Under the pieces are notes generated by a model that saw nothing but the letters and a program-made list of their open reading frames with translations, was not told the DNA's origin and made no database searches. From contig DATGIT010000014.1 of the NCBI GenBank assembly GCA_035295545.1, positions 66,449 to 130,448 of the forward strand: a stretch of DNA of 64,000 nucleotides, read 5' to 3'. Origin of the DNA: Candidatus Binataceae bacterium (GTDB lineage: Bacteria; Desulfobacterota; Binatia; Binatales; Binataceae). This document shows positions 36,435 through 47,064 of this stretch, piece by piece. A program made the translations under genes and the position numbers. Each line of letters opens with the position of its first letter. Positions within the stretch are counted from its first letter, which is position 1.

Positions 36435-37724
36435 TTGGCGGCGCATGCTAAGAGAACGGTAGTCGGCCTCCGCCGGCCATCGGCAGCTCCCGCAAATCGC
36501 TTTCGCGGTTTCGACGTGCAGAGAAACAGGCACACCTACGTTGCGGCATTCGACGGGCTGCGCGGCGTCGCCATCCTGCCGGTGCTGATGCTGCATGTGG
36601 GCGTCGACGCGCTGCCGTCGTGCAACCTGCTGCGCGAACTGACGCGCGGCTGGTACGGGGTCGATCTTTTTTTCGTCCTCAGCGGATTTCTGATCACGCG
36701 GATTCTGCTGGGAGAACTCGAGAGCACCGGCACGCTGGACATCGGCCGCTTCTACCTGCGCCGCGTGCTGCGTCTGGGGCCGGCTTACGCCACCATGCTG
36801 GCGGCGGTGTTTGCCGGCGCGCTCGTGTTCGATCGCGCCGCCCTGGCGCGCGTGCCGCAGGTGCTGCCCGCGCTCGCCACCTACACCTACAACTATCAGC
36901 TCGCCGCGCGCGGGCCGCATTTCGACGTTCTGGTCGTGGTCTGGTCGTTGTGCGTCGAGGAGCAATTCTACCTGGTCTGGCCGTGGCTGCTCCGCTATCT
37001 CAAGGCGCAGCGCGCATTGTGGTTTTGCGCCGGCGCAACCGTTCTGCTGTGCGCCTACCGCACCGGGCTCTACGCGCTGCTCAACTGGGGCCATCTCGAC
37101 CGCCCGACGCCCGCCTCGGCAATCTGGATTTATTTCGCGAGCGACACCCGGATCGGAGTGATCCTGGTCGGCTGCACGGCGGCGCTGCTGCTGAACCATC
37201 CACATTCGCGCCGGCTCTGGGCGCGAATGCGGATGGCGCGATGGCTGCCGAGCCTGGCGCTGGCCGCTCTGTGCGTGTGCGTTTACTTCGTCACCGGCGG
37301 CCGGCCCTCGAGCGCTTCATGGCGCAGCGCGACCTTCGGCTATTCGCTCGGCGCATATACGGTGGCGATCCTGATTATCGCGCTGCTCGCCCGTCCATCC
37401 TCGATCGTCGCGCGCGCGCTGTCATGGCGGCCGCTGGTGTCGCTGGGCAAGGTCTCTTATGGCGTATATCTGTTTCACACGCTGATCGCGTGGCTGCTGC
37501 TGAGGGCCGCGGACCGGGCCGGTATGCTGCGTGCCGGCGCGTATTCGCTGAGCGCGTTTGCGATTGCCGCCGTGCTGGTGCTTGTCGCCACCTGGATCGC
37601 GGCCTGGCTGCACTATCGTTTTGTCGAGCGCCGATTCATGGCGATGCGCGATCGGCCGCGCGCCGGCAGCGGGGATGGGTCAGAGCGGCGGCTGCAGCAC
37701 GCGCCCGCGCGGGTCATCGCCTGA
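36435..37724 (+). CDS. acyltransferase family 3 (OafA/OpgC-like) membrane protein
   Basis: 429 aa. FDGLRGVAILPVLMLH N-terminal motif, about 10 TM helices. The start may be an upstream non-ATG codon. Confidence 0.75.
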   Translation: MAAHAKRTVVGLRRPSAAPANRFRGFDVQRNRHTYVAAFDGLRGVAILPVLMLHVGVDALPSCNLLRELTRGWYGVDLFFVLSGFLITRILLGELESTGTLDIGRFYLRRVLRLGPAYATMLAAVFAGALVFDRAALARVPQVLPALATYTYNYQLAARGPHFDVLVVVWSLCVEEQFYLVWPWLLRYLKAQRALWFCAGATVLLCAYRTGLYALLNWGHLDRPTPASAIWIYFASDTRIGVILVGCTAALLLNHPHSRRLWARMRMARWLPSLALAALCVCVYFVTGGRPSSASWRSATFGYSLGAYTVAILIIALLARPSSIVARALSWRPLVSLGKVSYGVYLFHTLIAWLLLRAADRAGMLRAGAYSLSAFAIAAVLVLVATWIAAWLHYRFVERRFMAMRDRPRAGSGDGSERRLQHAPARVIA

Positions 37725-37846
37725 GCGAAGGTTTCGGCGCGCCGCCACGCGGCAATTTTGAATAACAGACGCAACCTGTCCGCGCATCGCACGTATGGAT
37801 CGCAAGGCCTGATGGCTGTACCTTACTGGCTCGGTCATACGGGCCG

Positions 37847-38932
37847 TTGTCGATGAAAATCAAAGCGGCAATAGTTGGCGCCACCGGTATCGCGGGCCAG
37901 CAGGTGCTGGCCGCGCTCGACGGTCATCCGCATTTCGAAATTGCCGCGCTCGGCGCCTCCGAACGCTCGGCCGGCAAGACCTTCGCCGAGGCCATTACCG
38001 ATGCGCAAAGCGGCGTGCGGCGATGGTACGTGGGCGGATGCGAGCCGCCGCGCGAGGCGCTCGGGCTCGAGGTGCAGGAAGCGCGGAGGCTTCGCCTTGA
38101 TGGAATCGGCGTCGTATTTGCCGCGGTCGAATCGGAAGCGGCGCGCGAACTGGAGCCGCTCTACGCCGCGCGCCTTCCGACCATCAGCACCGCGCGGCCG
38201 TTTCGCATGGAGCCGGATGTGCCGCTGGTGATCCCGGGCGTCAATCTCGACCATCTGGCGCTGGTCAACGAGCAGCGCCGCCGCCGCGGATGGAAGGGCT
38301 ACATCGCGACGCTGCCCAACTGCACTGCCACCGGGCTCGCGATCACACTCAAGGCGCTCGATGAGCGCTTTGGCGTAGAGGCGACGATGGTCACGACCAT
38401 GCAGGGTATCTCGGGCGCCGGGCGTGACCTGCCGGCGCTCGATATCGTGGAGAACGTGATCCCGTACATTCCGCGCGAAGAGGAGCGCGTGATGCTCGAG
38501 ACGCGCAAGATCCTGGGGCGAATCGGCGAGGGCGGTATCGCGGAATCGGCCCTGCGCGTGAGCGCCACCTGCACGCGCGCGGCCGTCCTCAACGGTCATA
38601 CCGAGACGGTCGCGGTGGCGCTGAAAAAAAACGCCGCGCTCGACGCGGTCGGCGAGGCCTTCGAGGGCTTCGGCCGCGAGTTCACCGCGCTCAGGCTGCC
38701 CAGCGCTCCGCAGCACATGATCACGGTGCATCGCGATCCGATGCGACCGCAGCCGCGCCTGGACCGCGACGCCGAGCGGGGCATGACCACCTCGGTCGGC
38801 CGCATCCGCGCCGACGAAGTTCTGCCCAACGGCGTCAAGTACCTTCTGGTCACGCACAACGCGGCGATGGGCGCGGGGCGCGGCGCGGTCCTGCTGGCGG
38901 AATATCTGCGGCACGCCGGTTATCTCGACTGA
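37847..38932 (+). CDS. asd: aspartate-semialdehyde dehydrogenase
   Basis: 361 aa. N-terminal NAD(P) motif KAAIVGATGIAGQQVL. Active-site region PNCTATGLAITLKAL. Confidence 0.8.
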   Translation: MSMKIKAAIVGATGIAGQQVLAALDGHPHFEIAALGASERSAGKTFAEAITDAQSGVRRWYVGGCEPPREALGLEVQEARRLRLDGIGVVFAAVESEAARELEPLYAARLPTISTARPFRMEPDVPLVIPGVNLDHLALVNEQRRRRGWKGYIATLPNCTATGLAITLKALDERFGVEATMVTTMQGISGAGRDLPALDIVENVIPYIPREEERVMLETRKILGRIGEGGIAESALRVSATCTRAAVLNGHTETVAVALKKNAALDAVGEAFEGFGREFTALRLPSAPQHMITVHRDPMRPQPRLDRDAERGMTTSVGRIRADEVLPNGVKYLLVTHNAAMGAGRGAVLLAEYLRHAGYLD

Positions 38933-39119
38933 GCGCCGCCGGCGCCCCGGATGGGCGGGCCCCCCGGGGCGCACTCCCGGGCGTGCACACGAATCCGCCT
39001 CGGTGGTAATGCCGACGGCGCAGCCGTCGAGAGCTGACGTTCCGGCGCTCAAAATTGCTATAACGTTGCGCGCGCGCGGCGCCCGCGGGTCCGGGGCGGC
39101 GCGACGGAGAAGGTTCACG

Positions 39120-39536
39120 ATGGCAATCGGCAGTGAAAAGCCGGTCCCGGTTGCGGACGAACTTTCGCAGCCCTTCTGGGACGCGGCAAAGGAACGGCGG
39201 CTGGTGGCGCAGCGATGCGCGCAGTGCGGCTACTACAATCATCCGCCGCGTCCGACCTGCGACCGCTGCTCGTCGCAGGAGCTCGAGTTTGCGCCGCTCT
39301 CCGGCCGCGGGAGCATCTACAGCTTCACCGTGATGCATCAGCCGAGCATCGCCGGGTTCGAGTCGGAAGTCCCGTACGTCAATCTCGTGGTCGAACTCGA
39401 CGAGCAGCCGATGCTGCTGATGGTGGCCAATCTGCCGCGCGCCGAGCTCGAGCGCGTGCGCATCGGCGGCCGCGTCGAGGTCTGGTTCGAGGAGCGCGGC
39501 GCGGACGTGGTGCTGCCGCAGTTCCGGCTGGCGTGA
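39120..39536 (+). CDS. Zn-ribbon / OB-fold (DUF35) protein
   Basis: Start moved to ATG at 39120 (MAIGSEKPV), with GGAGAAGG upstream. Rubredoxin-like CAQCGYYNHPPRPTCDRC followed by an OB-fold region. Partnered with the thiolase-like gene immediately downstream. Confidence 0.7.
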   Translation: MAIGSEKPVPVADELSQPFWDAAKERRLVAQRCAQCGYYNHPPRPTCDRCSSQELEFAPLSGRGSIYSFTVMHQPSIAGFESEVPYVNLVVELDEQPMLLMVANLPRAELERVRIGGRVEVWFEERGADVVLPQFRLA

Positions 39537-39542
39537 GGCGAG

Positions 39543-40733
39543 ATGAGTGCGATGTGGCAAGGCAAGGGCAAGACGGCGATCGCCGGAATCGGCTTTTCAG
39601 AGCTGGTGCGCGAATCGAAGCGGCCGCTCGGTCTGCTCGCGCTCGACGCCTGCCGCGCGGCGATCGACGACGCCGGCCTGAGCCCGCGGCAGATCGACGG
39701 ACTCGCGACCTATCCCGAAGCGCCGTTCCTGGGCGCGGGCAATCGCGACGGCGTGGATATCGTCAGCGTGTCGTGGATCGTCAACCATCTGCAGCTCGCG
39801 CCCGAGGTGCGATGGTTTGCGCAGGTCGAAACCGGGATGATCGCGGCTCCCGCGATCGAGGGCGCGCACGCGCTGATCGCCGGCGCGTGCGATTACGTGC
39901 TGATCTGGCGCGCGATGCATCAGCCGCGCCGCTACGGCGCGTTCAGCGGCGCGCGCGCGGCGGGCGAGGCGCAGTTTCTCGCGCCCTGGGGATGCATCAG
40001 CGTGATCCAGTCGCACGCGCTGGCCTGGCGCCGCTACATGCATACCTATGGCGCGACGCGCGAGGCGCTGTGCGCGCTCGCGGTCAACTCGCGGCGCAAC
40101 GCCAATCTCAATCCGCGCGCGTTCTTCCGTGACAAACCGATGACGCGCGACGATTATTTCGCCGCGCGCATGATCGCGGAGCCCTTCTGCCTGTTCGATT
40201 GCGACGTGCCGGTCGAAGGATGCGTGGCGATGGTGATGACCACGGCCGAGCGCGCGCGCGACCTGCGCCATCCGCCCGCGTATCTCGCCGGCCATGGGCA
40301 GAACACCGTGTCCCGGCCCACGCTGCTCTTCTACACGCTCGACGACTACGTGGCATGCGGACAGTCGCTGGCCGGCAAACTCTGGTCCAACGCCGGGCTC
40401 GGCCCCGCCGAGATGGACGCGGCCCAGTTGTACGACGGCTTCGCCCCGTCCGCGCTGTACTGGCTCGAGGCCGCCGGCTTTTGCGCGCGGGGCGAGGCCC
40501 ATGAGTTCGTGCAGGGCGGGCGGATCGCGCTTGGCGGCGAGCTTCCGCTCAATACCTTCGGCGGCAGCCTGAGCGAGGGTCGGCTGCACGGGATGGGGCA
40601 CATCGCCGAAGCGGTGTTCCAGGTTACCGGGCGCGCCGGGCCGCGGCAGGTGCCGGGCGCGTCGGCGGTTTGCGCGATCGACGGCTCGCCGATGCTGCGC
40701 GGAAGCGGAATCGTGGTGACGCGCGACCCGTAA
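39543..40733 (+). CDS. thiolase-like (SCP-x / lipid-transfer) protein
   Basis: 396 aa. Thiolase-fold features (GLSPRQIDGLATY, C-terminal NTFGGSLSEG..GHIAEA). DUF35 partner upstream. Confidence 0.75.
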   Translation: MSAMWQGKGKTAIAGIGFSELVRESKRPLGLLALDACRAAIDDAGLSPRQIDGLATYPEAPFLGAGNRDGVDIVSVSWIVNHLQLAPEVRWFAQVETGMIAAPAIEGAHALIAGACDYVLIWRAMHQPRRYGAFSGARAAGEAQFLAPWGCISVIQSHALAWRRYMHTYGATREALCALAVNSRRNANLNPRAFFRDKPMTRDDYFAARMIAEPFCLFDCDVPVEGCVAMVMTTAERARDLRHPPAYLAGHGQNTVSRPTLLFYTLDDYVACGQSLAGKLWSNAGLGPAEMDAAQLYDGFAPSALYWLEAAGFCARGEAHEFVQGGRIALGGELPLNTFGGSLSEGRLHGMGHIAEAVFQVTGRAGPRQVPGASAVCAIDGSPMLRGSGIVVTRDP

Positions 40734-40946
40734 AGCGGCCGGCTAGGGCAAAATGCGCTCGGCAGGGCGGCCAGGGAACCGGGCGGCGGGTTTACCGGGG
40801 CTCGCTCGGCACCCCACTTCCATTGCGCCCGGCAATAGCATACGCTGTGTGCGACAACGGTCGGAGTGTTCCCTATCAAACGCCCGGGAATGAGCCCGGG
40901 TCCTCTGTTCGAGAGCTTCCCGACAAGTACCCACGGAGGGCAATTG

Positions 40947-41279
40947 ATGCCCAGCAAATTGTACGTAGGCAATCTGGCCTACGCGGTCACCAACGATGAC
41001 CTGCAGCAGCTTTTCTCGCAGGTCGGACAGGTGCAGAGCGTCGCGATTATCACTGACAAATTCTCCGGCCAATCCAAGGGGTTCGGCTTCGTCGAGATGT
41101 CCACTGCGGACGAGGCGGCCAAGGCGATTCAGCAGTTCAACGAGACCGAGCTGAAGGGCCGCAACATCAAGGTGAACGAGGCCAAGCCGCGCGAGTCGAG
41201 CTTCGGCGGCGGCGGCGGTGGAAATCGCGGCGGCGGCAACCGCGGCGGCGGCGGAAATCGCGGCCGCGATCGCTGGTAG
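40947..41279 (+). CDS. RRM-domain glycine-rich RNA-binding protein
   Basis: Start at ATG 40947 with GGAGGG upstream. RNP-2 LYVGNL and RNP-1 KGFGFVEM motifs. C-terminal GGGNRGGG repeats. Confidence 0.8.
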   Translation: MPSKLYVGNLAYAVTNDDLQQLFSQVGQVQSVAIITDKFSGQSKGFGFVEMSTADEAAKAIQQFNETELKGRNIKVNEAKPRESSFGGGGGGNRGGGNRGGGGNRGRDRW

Positions 41280-41293
41280 CAGACTGTCACTAA

Positions 41294-41335
41294 AACGGGG
41301 GTGCGTCGGTCGCGCCCCCGTTGCTTTCTTCGTCT
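41294..41335 (+). terminator. intrinsic terminator after the RRM gene
   Basis: aacgggggtgcg-tcggt-cgcgcccccgtt stem-loop followed by a T-rich tract (gctttcttcgtctctgtt). Confidence 0.55.
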
Positions 41336-41635
41336 CTGTTCGTTTCCGCCCTCGGCGGCCGAGGCGGTACATGCCGCTTTCGGCCTGCCCCTCGATGTGC
41401 GCGTTCATCGACGAAGACGCGGATTCTCGCATCAGGACGTCAGGACCTGCGCGAAGCAGCCGATGACCGCGCGTCCGCGCGAAAATAACTCGCGTAACGG
41501 TTCAAACATCGGCGATCCGTCTGCGCATGGCAGGATACAACGCGCGCGCTCCTCGCTTATTACATCAAAGGATAGCTGCCTCGCGCCGGCACTCCGGTTA
41601 GAATTAACTGGAGCAGCACACTCGGTGAGCATCTT

Positions 41636-44311
41636 GTGCCGACCAGCAGCCGACTTTCCGAATACCGCACCAAGCGAGATTTCAGCAAAACCGCCGAGCC
41701 CAGTGGCGACCTCACCGTGCCCGCGGCGGAACTCCGCCGATTCGTCATCCAGAAGCACGCTGCGACCCGTTTGCATTACGATCTCCGGCTCGAAGTTGAT
41801 GGCGTATTCAAATCCTGGGCAGTGACGAAGGGGCCGTCGCTCGATCCGCACGCCAGGCGGCTCGCGGTTGAAGTCGAGGACCATCCGCTCGACTATGGCG
41901 ACTTCGAGGGCACCATTCCCAAGGGCCAGTATGGGGGCGGCACGGTGCAGCTATGGGATCGCGGCTACTGGATGCCGGCCGGCGACGATCCCGCCTCGGC
42001 GATCGCCGAAGGCGAACTGAAATTCGCGCTGGCAGGCGATAAGTTGCGCGGCGAATGGGTGCTGGTGCGAATCAAAAATCGCCGGCCGGGAGAGAAGAGA
42101 AATAACTGGCTGCTGATCAAGCATCGCGACCAGTACGCCCGCGACGACAAGGACGACGCGCTTCTCGATCAGGACCGTTCGGTCGCATCCGGCCGCACGA
42201 TGGCGGAGATCGCTGCCGGCAAGGGGCGCCCGCCCAAGCCGTTCATCGTCGCCGGCGATCATCCGACGACCAACGACGCGGTATGGAATTCGAACCGGGA
42301 CGGGGCCGCCGATACCGCTCGTGACGCGCGCGGCATCGGACAGCCGGCGACGAGCACGACGCGCGCGCGGCCCGCGCCCGGCAGCGGCGCGAAGATGCCG
42401 CAGTTCATAACTCCCGAACTGTGCAAGCTGGTGAAACGGCCGCCGCGGGCGCCGGGATGGGTGCATGAAATCAAGTTCGACGGCTACCGCATCCAGGCCC
42501 GGGTCGAAGACGGGCGCGCGACGCTGCGGACGCGCAAGGGGCTCGACTGGACCGCCACATTCGGATCGATCGCGCGTGCGGCGTCGCAGCTTGCGGACGG
42601 AATTTACGACGGCGAGGTGGTCGCGCTCGACGCGAAGGGCGCGCCGGACTTCGGAGTTCTGCAGGATGCGCTGGCGCAGGGCAGAACCAACAGGCTGGTG
42701 TACTTCGTTTTCGATCTGCTGTTTTCGCAGGGTCGCGATCTGCAGAACAAGCCGCTGAGCGAGCGCAAACGCATCCTCAAGGCGCTCGTCGACGGGACCG
42801 GCGCCGCCGACTCGCCTGTTCGTTACGTCGACCATTTCGAAACCTCGGGCGAAGAGATGCTGGAGACGGCGCGCAGGATGTCGCTTGAAGGGATCGTTTC
42901 CAAGCAGCTCGACGACATCTACCGGCCCGGGGCGCGCGCATGGACCAAGACCAAGTGTCGCGCGGCGCAGGAAGTCGTGCTCGGAGGATGGACCAGCGAC
43001 GGCGAGCGATTTCGTTCGCTGCTTGTAGGAGTCAATCGCGACGGTCACCTCTCGTACGCGGGCCGCGTCGGAACAGGTTTCGGCCAGGATGTGGTCGGAC
43101 GGATTCTGCCGCGTCTGAAATCGCTCACCGTCGATAAAAGCCCCTTCACGGGCGAGAACGCGCCGCGCCCGCAAAAGGGCGTCCACTGGCTGAGACCGGA
43201 ACTGGTCGCGCAAATCGAATTTGCCGGATGGACCGGCGATGGCATGGTGCGCGCCGGCGCTTTCAAAGGACTGCGCGACGACAAGCCGGCTTCCGAAGTG
43301 GTCGCCGAGGTCGCGGCTGATCCGCCCGACGGGACCGAGCCGCCGGCACATCGTGGGCGCGCCGAGGCGCACCGCTGCGCTTCGCGCGGATCGAAGCCGA
43401 AGGGTGGCGCCGCCGTGATGGGCATCGTGATTTCCAATCCGGACAAGGCGCTGTGGCCCGTGGGGTCGGACGGCAAGCCGGTCACCAAGCTCGATTTGGC
43501 CGAATACTACGCCTCGACCGGCGCATGGATGATCGAACATCTGCGGGGGCGCCCGTGCTCGCTCGTGCGCGCGCCCGACGGCATCGACGCCGAGCACATC
43601 TTTCAACGACACGCCATGCGCGGCATGTCGAAGCATATCAAGTCAGTGAAAGTGTCCGGAGATCGCGAGCCATATGTGCAAATCGATACCGTGGAAGGCC
43701 TGATCGCGGCGGCGCAGCTTGCCGCCGTCGAGCTGCATCCCTGGAATTGTGCGCCGGACGAGCCCGCAACGCCGGGACGTCTGGTCTTCGACCTGGATCC
43801 GGCGCCCGACGTACACTTTGATGTCGTGATCGAGGCCGCGCAGGAACTGAGGGAGCGGCTCGAGCGGCTCGGCCTGGTCGCGTTGTGCAAGACGACCGGC
43901 GGCAAGGGCCTGCATCTCGTCGTGCCGCTGGCGCATCCGAGGAAAGGAAAGGGCCTCGACTGGTCGATCGCCAAAGCATTCGCGCACGAAGTTGTGAAGC
44001 GGATGGCGGCCGACGCTCCGCACCGCTATCTGACGACGATGTCCAAGAGCGCGCGCAGGGGGAAAATATATCTCGATTATCTCCGTAACGATCGCCTCTC
44101 GACCGCGGTAGCGGTGCTGTCGCCGCGGGCGCGGCCCAGGGCGCCGGTATCGATGCCGTTGCGGTGGACGGAGGTTGCCCCAGGACTCGATCCGTCTCGC
44201 TTCAACCTGCGCACCGCTCCTGAACTGCTCGCCGGTGCGGCTGCCTGGCGCGAATACCCACGTTCCGCGCGTCCGCTCGAAGATGCGATCGCGCGCCTGA
44301 CAAGAGGTTAA
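41636..44311 (+). CDS. ligD: multifunctional NHEJ DNA ligase LigD (phosphoesterase-ligase-polymerase)
   Basis: 891 aa. N-terminal 3'-phosphoesterase motif ([21 protein letters not shown]). ATP-dependent ligase motif [12 protein letters not shown]-terminal primase-polymerase domain ([14 protein letters not shown]). Non-ATG start per ORF track. Confidence 0.85.
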   Translation: MPTSSRLSEYRTKRDFSKTAEPSGDLTVPAAELRRFVIQKHAATRLHYDLRLEVDGVFKSWAVTKGPSLDPHARRLAVEVEDHPLDYGDFEGTIPKGQYGGGTVQLWDRGYWMPAGDDPASAIAEGELKFALAGDKLRGEWVLVRIKNRRPGEKRNNWLLIKHRDQYARDDKDDALLDQDRSVASGRTMAEIAAGKGRPPKPFIVAGDHPTTNDAVWNSNRDGAADTARDARGIGQPATSTTRARPAPGSGAKMPQFITPELCKLVKRPPRAPGWVHEIKFDGYRIQARVEDGRATLRTRKGLDWTATFGSIARAASQLADGIYDGEVVALDAKGAPDFGVLQDALAQGRTNRLVYFVFDLLFSQGRDLQNKPLSERKRILKALVDGTGAADSPVRYVDHFETSGEEMLETARRMSLEGIVSKQLDDIYRPGARAWTKTKCRAAQEVVLGGWTSDGERFRSLLVGVNRDGHLSYAGRVGTGFGQDVVGRILPRLKSLTVDKSPFTGENAPRPQKGVHWLRPELVAQIEFAGWTGDGMVRAGAFKGLRDDKPASEVVAEVAADPPDGTEPPAHRGRAEAHRCASRGSKPKGGAAVMGIVISNPDKALWPVGSDGKPVTKLDLAEYYASTGAWMIEHLRGRPCSLVRAPDGIDAEHIFQRHAMRGMSKHIKSVKVSGDREPYVQIDTVEGLIAAAQLAAVELHPWNCAPDEPATPGRLVFDLDPAPDVHFDVVIEAAQELRERLERLGLVALCKTTGGKGLHLVVPLAHPRKGKGLDWSIAKAFAHEVVKRMAADAPHRYLTTMSKSARRGKIYLDYLRNDRLSTAVAVLSPRARPRAPVSMPLRWTEVAPGLDPSRFNLRTAPELLAGAAAWREYPRSARPLEDAIARLTRG

Positions 44312-44818
44312 AGCGGCTCGATTGCGTGAGGACCGCCGGTGCGCCGGGAGGTTGGCCTCCGATCGTCCCGAAAACGCATTGGGTGGGGGGAAATCCACGC
44401 GTTGTGTATGACTATGAGTCGTAATCGCTTTAGCAGTTGACACTGCTCAGATCAGCATCTAGCCTCGCCGAAGCGGGAGGGGGGGAGAGTATCAGCCGCC
44501 GTGGTGTCCCAGGATACCGACAGCTCTCCATCGTAAAGCATTGACAATGCGCAGCGCGCGTTGGAAGTCGCGCGGTGCGGGCAACGCGCAACCGACCATA
44601 GCCGAATTGTAACAGCGAGTCGCCGCAATGAACCGCGGGCCGATCGGGACGAGTCAGCGCCATCGCTATCATGACACTCTCGCGGTTTGGCGAAGAGCGC
44701 GCCTCCGATCTCAAGACGCTTTATCCGTCGGGCCGACTCATTGCGGGGCGCGTTGCTCAATCCTTCAGAACGAGAGTTCCATTAAGATCGCGCCACGGGC
44801 ACGAGCAGGAGGGGGGGG

Positions 44819-45004
44819 ATGTTCGACATCGCGATCATCATCGAGCCGCACGAAGAACGCGCGCTGCGCGAGCTTCATCGGGAATCGCGCCGCTCGCGCC
44901 GCGCGCATCGCTCGAACGTGATGACTTTGCCGCAGGATTTCGACGTGCATGAAATTCTCGACCGGCTGATCGCCAAGATCGACGAATCCAAGAAGTATCC
45001 GTAA
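44819..45004 (+). CDS. hypothetical small protein (61 aa)
   Basis: Strong SD (AGGAGG) 8 nt upstream of ATG. MFDIAIIIEPHEERALRELHRESRRSRRAHRSNVMTLPQDFDVHEILDRLIAKIDESKKYP. No homology recognised. Confidence 0.35.
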   Translation: MFDIAIIIEPHEERALRELHRESRRSRRAHRSNVMTLPQDFDVHEILDRLIAKIDESKKYP

Positions 45005-45053
45005 GAGTCGCGGGCGCCGTCGGGCGCCGGCGATCTGCAATTGCGAGGCTGCG

Positions 45054-45980
45054 ATGCGCGCCGTATTCGTGGATGCCGACGAAGCCCTTGCCGGCATCGC
45101 CGAGCAGCTCAGGCGTTCGGGCGATCCGCCGCTCGCGATCAACCGCGAAGTCGATCTGAAGCCGGAGCGGGTCCCTGACGTGCTCGGCGACGCCGAGATT
45201 GCCGTCGTCGATCACACGCCATTGCCGACCGCGATTGCGGCTCAGTGCCGCGGCCTCAGGCACGTTGTCTTCCTCGGCACCGGCGCGCGGAGCTACATGA
45301 ACCCGGAACAGCTCGCCGAGCACGGGATCGCCGTTCACATCGTCAAGGGCTATGGCGATATAGCCGTCGCGGAATGCGCGATCGCGCTGATGTGGGCGGC
45401 GACCAAGGGCATCGCGCGAATGGACCGCGCGATGCGCGCGGGCCGCTGGCTGCCGGTCGAGGGCGTCCAGCTCACCGGCAAGACTCTGGGGCTGATTGGT
45501 TTCGGCGCCATCGCCACCGAGACGGCCCGGCTTGCACTGGGAGCGGGAATGAGGGTGGTCGCCTGGAATCGCAGCTCGCGGAGCCATGCAGGCGTCGAGT
45601 TCCTTTCGCTCGAACGCGTGCTCGCCGAGAGCGACGTGCTCTCGCTGCATCTGCTGCTGAACGACGACACCCGCGCCTTTCTCTCACGCGCGCGCATCGC
45701 GGCGATGAAGCGGGGCGCAATTCTCGTGAACACGGCGCGCGGTGCGCTGGTCGACGAAGAGGCGATGATCGAGGCCCTGCGCTCGGGTCATATCGCCCAC
45801 GCCGGCCTCGATGTTTTCGCGCTCGAGCCGCTGCCCGCCGGTCATGCGCTCACGTCGCTGGACAACGTTACGCTTTCCGCCCATTCGGCATTCCGCACCC
45901 GCGAAGCGAGCGAAAATCTCATCGGCGCGGCGCTCGACCATTGCCGTCGCATCGCAGGAGAACGCCGCCGGACGCAATGA
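45054..45980 (+). CDS. D-isomer-specific 2-hydroxyacid dehydrogenase family protein
   Basis: 308 aa. NAD-binding GKTLGLIGFGAIATETARLALGAGMRVVAWNRS. Catalytic-region LVNTARGALVD. Confidence 0.8.
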   Translation: MRAVFVDADEALAGIAEQLRRSGDPPLAINREVDLKPERVPDVLGDAEIAVVDHTPLPTAIAAQCRGLRHVVFLGTGARSYMNPEQLAEHGIAVHIVKGYGDIAVAECAIALMWAATKGIARMDRAMRAGRWLPVEGVQLTGKTLGLIGFGAIATETARLALGAGMRVVAWNRSSRSHAGVEFLSLERVLAESDVLSLHLLLNDDTRAFLSRARIAAMKRGAILVNTARGALVDEEAMIEALRSGHIAHAGLDVFALEPLPAGHALTSLDNVTLSAHSAFRTREASENLIGAALDHCRRIAGERRRTQ

Positions 45981-46158
45981 GAGGCTCATCACCGAGCATG
46001 CGCCCCGGCGCGGCTTCTGGATTGCGCGCTGACCCGGAGGTCAACACGTTTTGCGGTATAAGCCGCCGGCAACCGGGCCTGGACGCTGGTGTCGCGTGCC
46101 GCAGCTGCGCAATAGTACGGGACGAAGCCGCCCGCCGGGGACACTTAAGGAGAGGACC

Positions 46159-47064
46159 ATGAGAAGAGTCGGCAGGAATGTGTTTACCGAAGTCTACTTC
46201 TGGGGCTGCAATCCGGGATTTCTGCAAACCAGCGAGGGCGTGGTCATGATCGACTCGCCGCAGCAGCCAATCGATGCGATGCGATGGCGCGAGATGCTGC
46301 AGGAAAAAGGCCCCATTCGTCACCTGATCAACACCGAACCGCATGCCGACCATACCCTGGGCAATGCCTATTTTCCGGACGTGGAGGTTATCGGTCAGGT
46401 CAAGCTTCAGGCCTGCTTCGACCAGTATCTCAACATGATGTTCACTCCCGAGGTGCGCCTCGAACGAATGAAAAAAGAAGATCCTGACAGCGTATTCCTC
46501 CTCAATCACCCGGATTTTCCGGCTTCCAATCCGCCAAAGCGCACTTTCAACGATGAACTGACGCTGCACGTTGGCAATCACACGGTCAGGATCATCCATA
46601 TGCCGGGCCATACCGCTCCGCAGACCTCGATTCATCTGCCTGAGGAAGGGGTGGTTTTCACCGGCGACAACGTATTTCAAAAATGCAAAACATTTATCCA
46701 GGAAGCCGATCCCTGGGAATGGCTGGGCGCTCTCAAACGCATCGAAGCGCTCGACGTCGAAACGATCGTCCCGGGCCATGGCGAGCCCTGCGACAAGAGC
46801 TATCTTAGGCGCCAGGCCGAAATCATCGAAAACTGGATCGAACTGATTGAAGGTTTCGTGCAGAAGGGCATGAGTGAAAAGGAAGCCCTGGCGCAGCAGT
46901 TCGACGTCACCAGGCTGGATCCGTATCCGATTGGCCAACGGCTGTTCGAGATGAGCGATCGGCTGAACAAATGGAACGTGAGCAATGTGTACAAACACGT
47001 GGTGGCGCGAAAAACAGGCAAGCGTCACGATTCGGGCGGAATAGCCATCCAGTACTACACCTGA
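46159..47064 (+). CDS. MBL-fold metallo-hydrolase
   Basis: Start at ATG 46159, preceded by AAGGAGAGG. Metal-binding HADHTLGN-type motif (TEPHADHTLGNAYFP, HMPGHTAPQ). Confidence 0.75.
   Translation: MRRVGRNVFTEVYFWGCNPGFLQTSEGVVMIDSPQQPIDAMRWREMLQEKGPIRHLINTEPHADHTLGNAYFPDVEVIGQVKLQACFDQYLNMMFTPEVRLERMKKEDPDSVFLLNHPDFPASNPPKRTFNDELTLHVGNHTVRIIHMPGHTAPQTSIHLPEEGVVFTGDNVFQKCKTFIQEADPWEWLGALKRIEALDVETIVPGHGEPCDKSYLRRQAEIIENWIELIEGFVQKGMSEKEALAQQFDVTRLDPYPIGQRLFEMSDRLNKWNVSNVYKHVVARKTGKRHDSGGIAIQYYT

Noticed and set aside
36620-37765. 381-aa plus-strand ORF
   Set aside because: Out-of-frame shadow of the acyltransferase-3 gene; Arg/Ala-rich.
41951-43636. 561-aa minus-strand ORF
   Set aside because: Antisense shadow of ligD.
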